A stretch of DNA of 63,434 nucleotides, the filler included, from Octopus bimaculoides (Eukaryota): the NCBI RefSeq assembly GCF_001194135.2. It is 6 parts of 6 records of this genome, joined end to end, with 100 filler letters (N's around TTAATTAATTAA, not from the genome) between each part and the next. Parts side by side here need not be neighbours in the genome. Positions count along the whole stretch, not along the records: positions 39,329 to 63,434 come from NC_068991.1; 5 more parts are not named here. One strand, written 5' to 3'. This document shows positions 63,286 through 63,434 of this stretch, piece after piece. Within the stretch, counting starts at the first letter, position 1. Each line of letters starts with the position of its first letter. A program made the translations under genes and the position numbers. The notes under the pieces were generated by a model. The model was not told the origin of the DNA and made no database searches. It was given only the letters and a program-made list of their open reading frames with translations.

Positions 63286-63434
63286 TGGGGGGACCAAACA
63301 TAAACACAGATACAAGGCATTGACGGACCAGCAGAAAACACTTGCCCAAAGTGCTGCATAGTAGGACCAAACCTCAAAGCACATGGTGGCAAAGCAGGTT
63401 TCTTAACCACACACCTAAGTCTGAACATATATAT

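Overview
Eukaryotic, AT-rich, microsatellite-saturated draft genomic DNA with many N gaps. It is most likely an octopus, inferred from the cephalopod-type protocadherin, the tRNA-derived SINE families and the repeat landscape. The window is six pieces joined by five artificial 100-bp spacers (N44-TTAATTAATTAA-N44), so adjacency across those joins is not guaranteed. Host genes: one partial protocadherin ectodomain exon (38393-39228, +, cut by a spacer), a candidate promoter and non-coding first exon for it (~32380-32795), and the two last coding exons of an upstream same-strand gene (31232-31614). Nearly everything else is mobile DNA: Tx1/L1-like, R4/Dong-like, RTE(X)-like and CR1/Jockey-like LINE remnants, Tc1/mariner deletion derivatives, piggyBac-like and hAT-like MITEs, and at least four SINE families. 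Most notable hidden signals: (1) several unrelated minimal type-I hammerhead ribozyme motifs with palindromic helix III (Penelope-type, dimer-cleaving), in short non-coding inserts beside microsatellites, including one with an intact core and a long helix II and one A6U core variant; (2) one SINE family found twice at the same 10-bp site inside another SINE family, with a 3' stem-loop matching the local Tx1-like LINE. TE boundaries are approximate and read by eye; no database searches were run.
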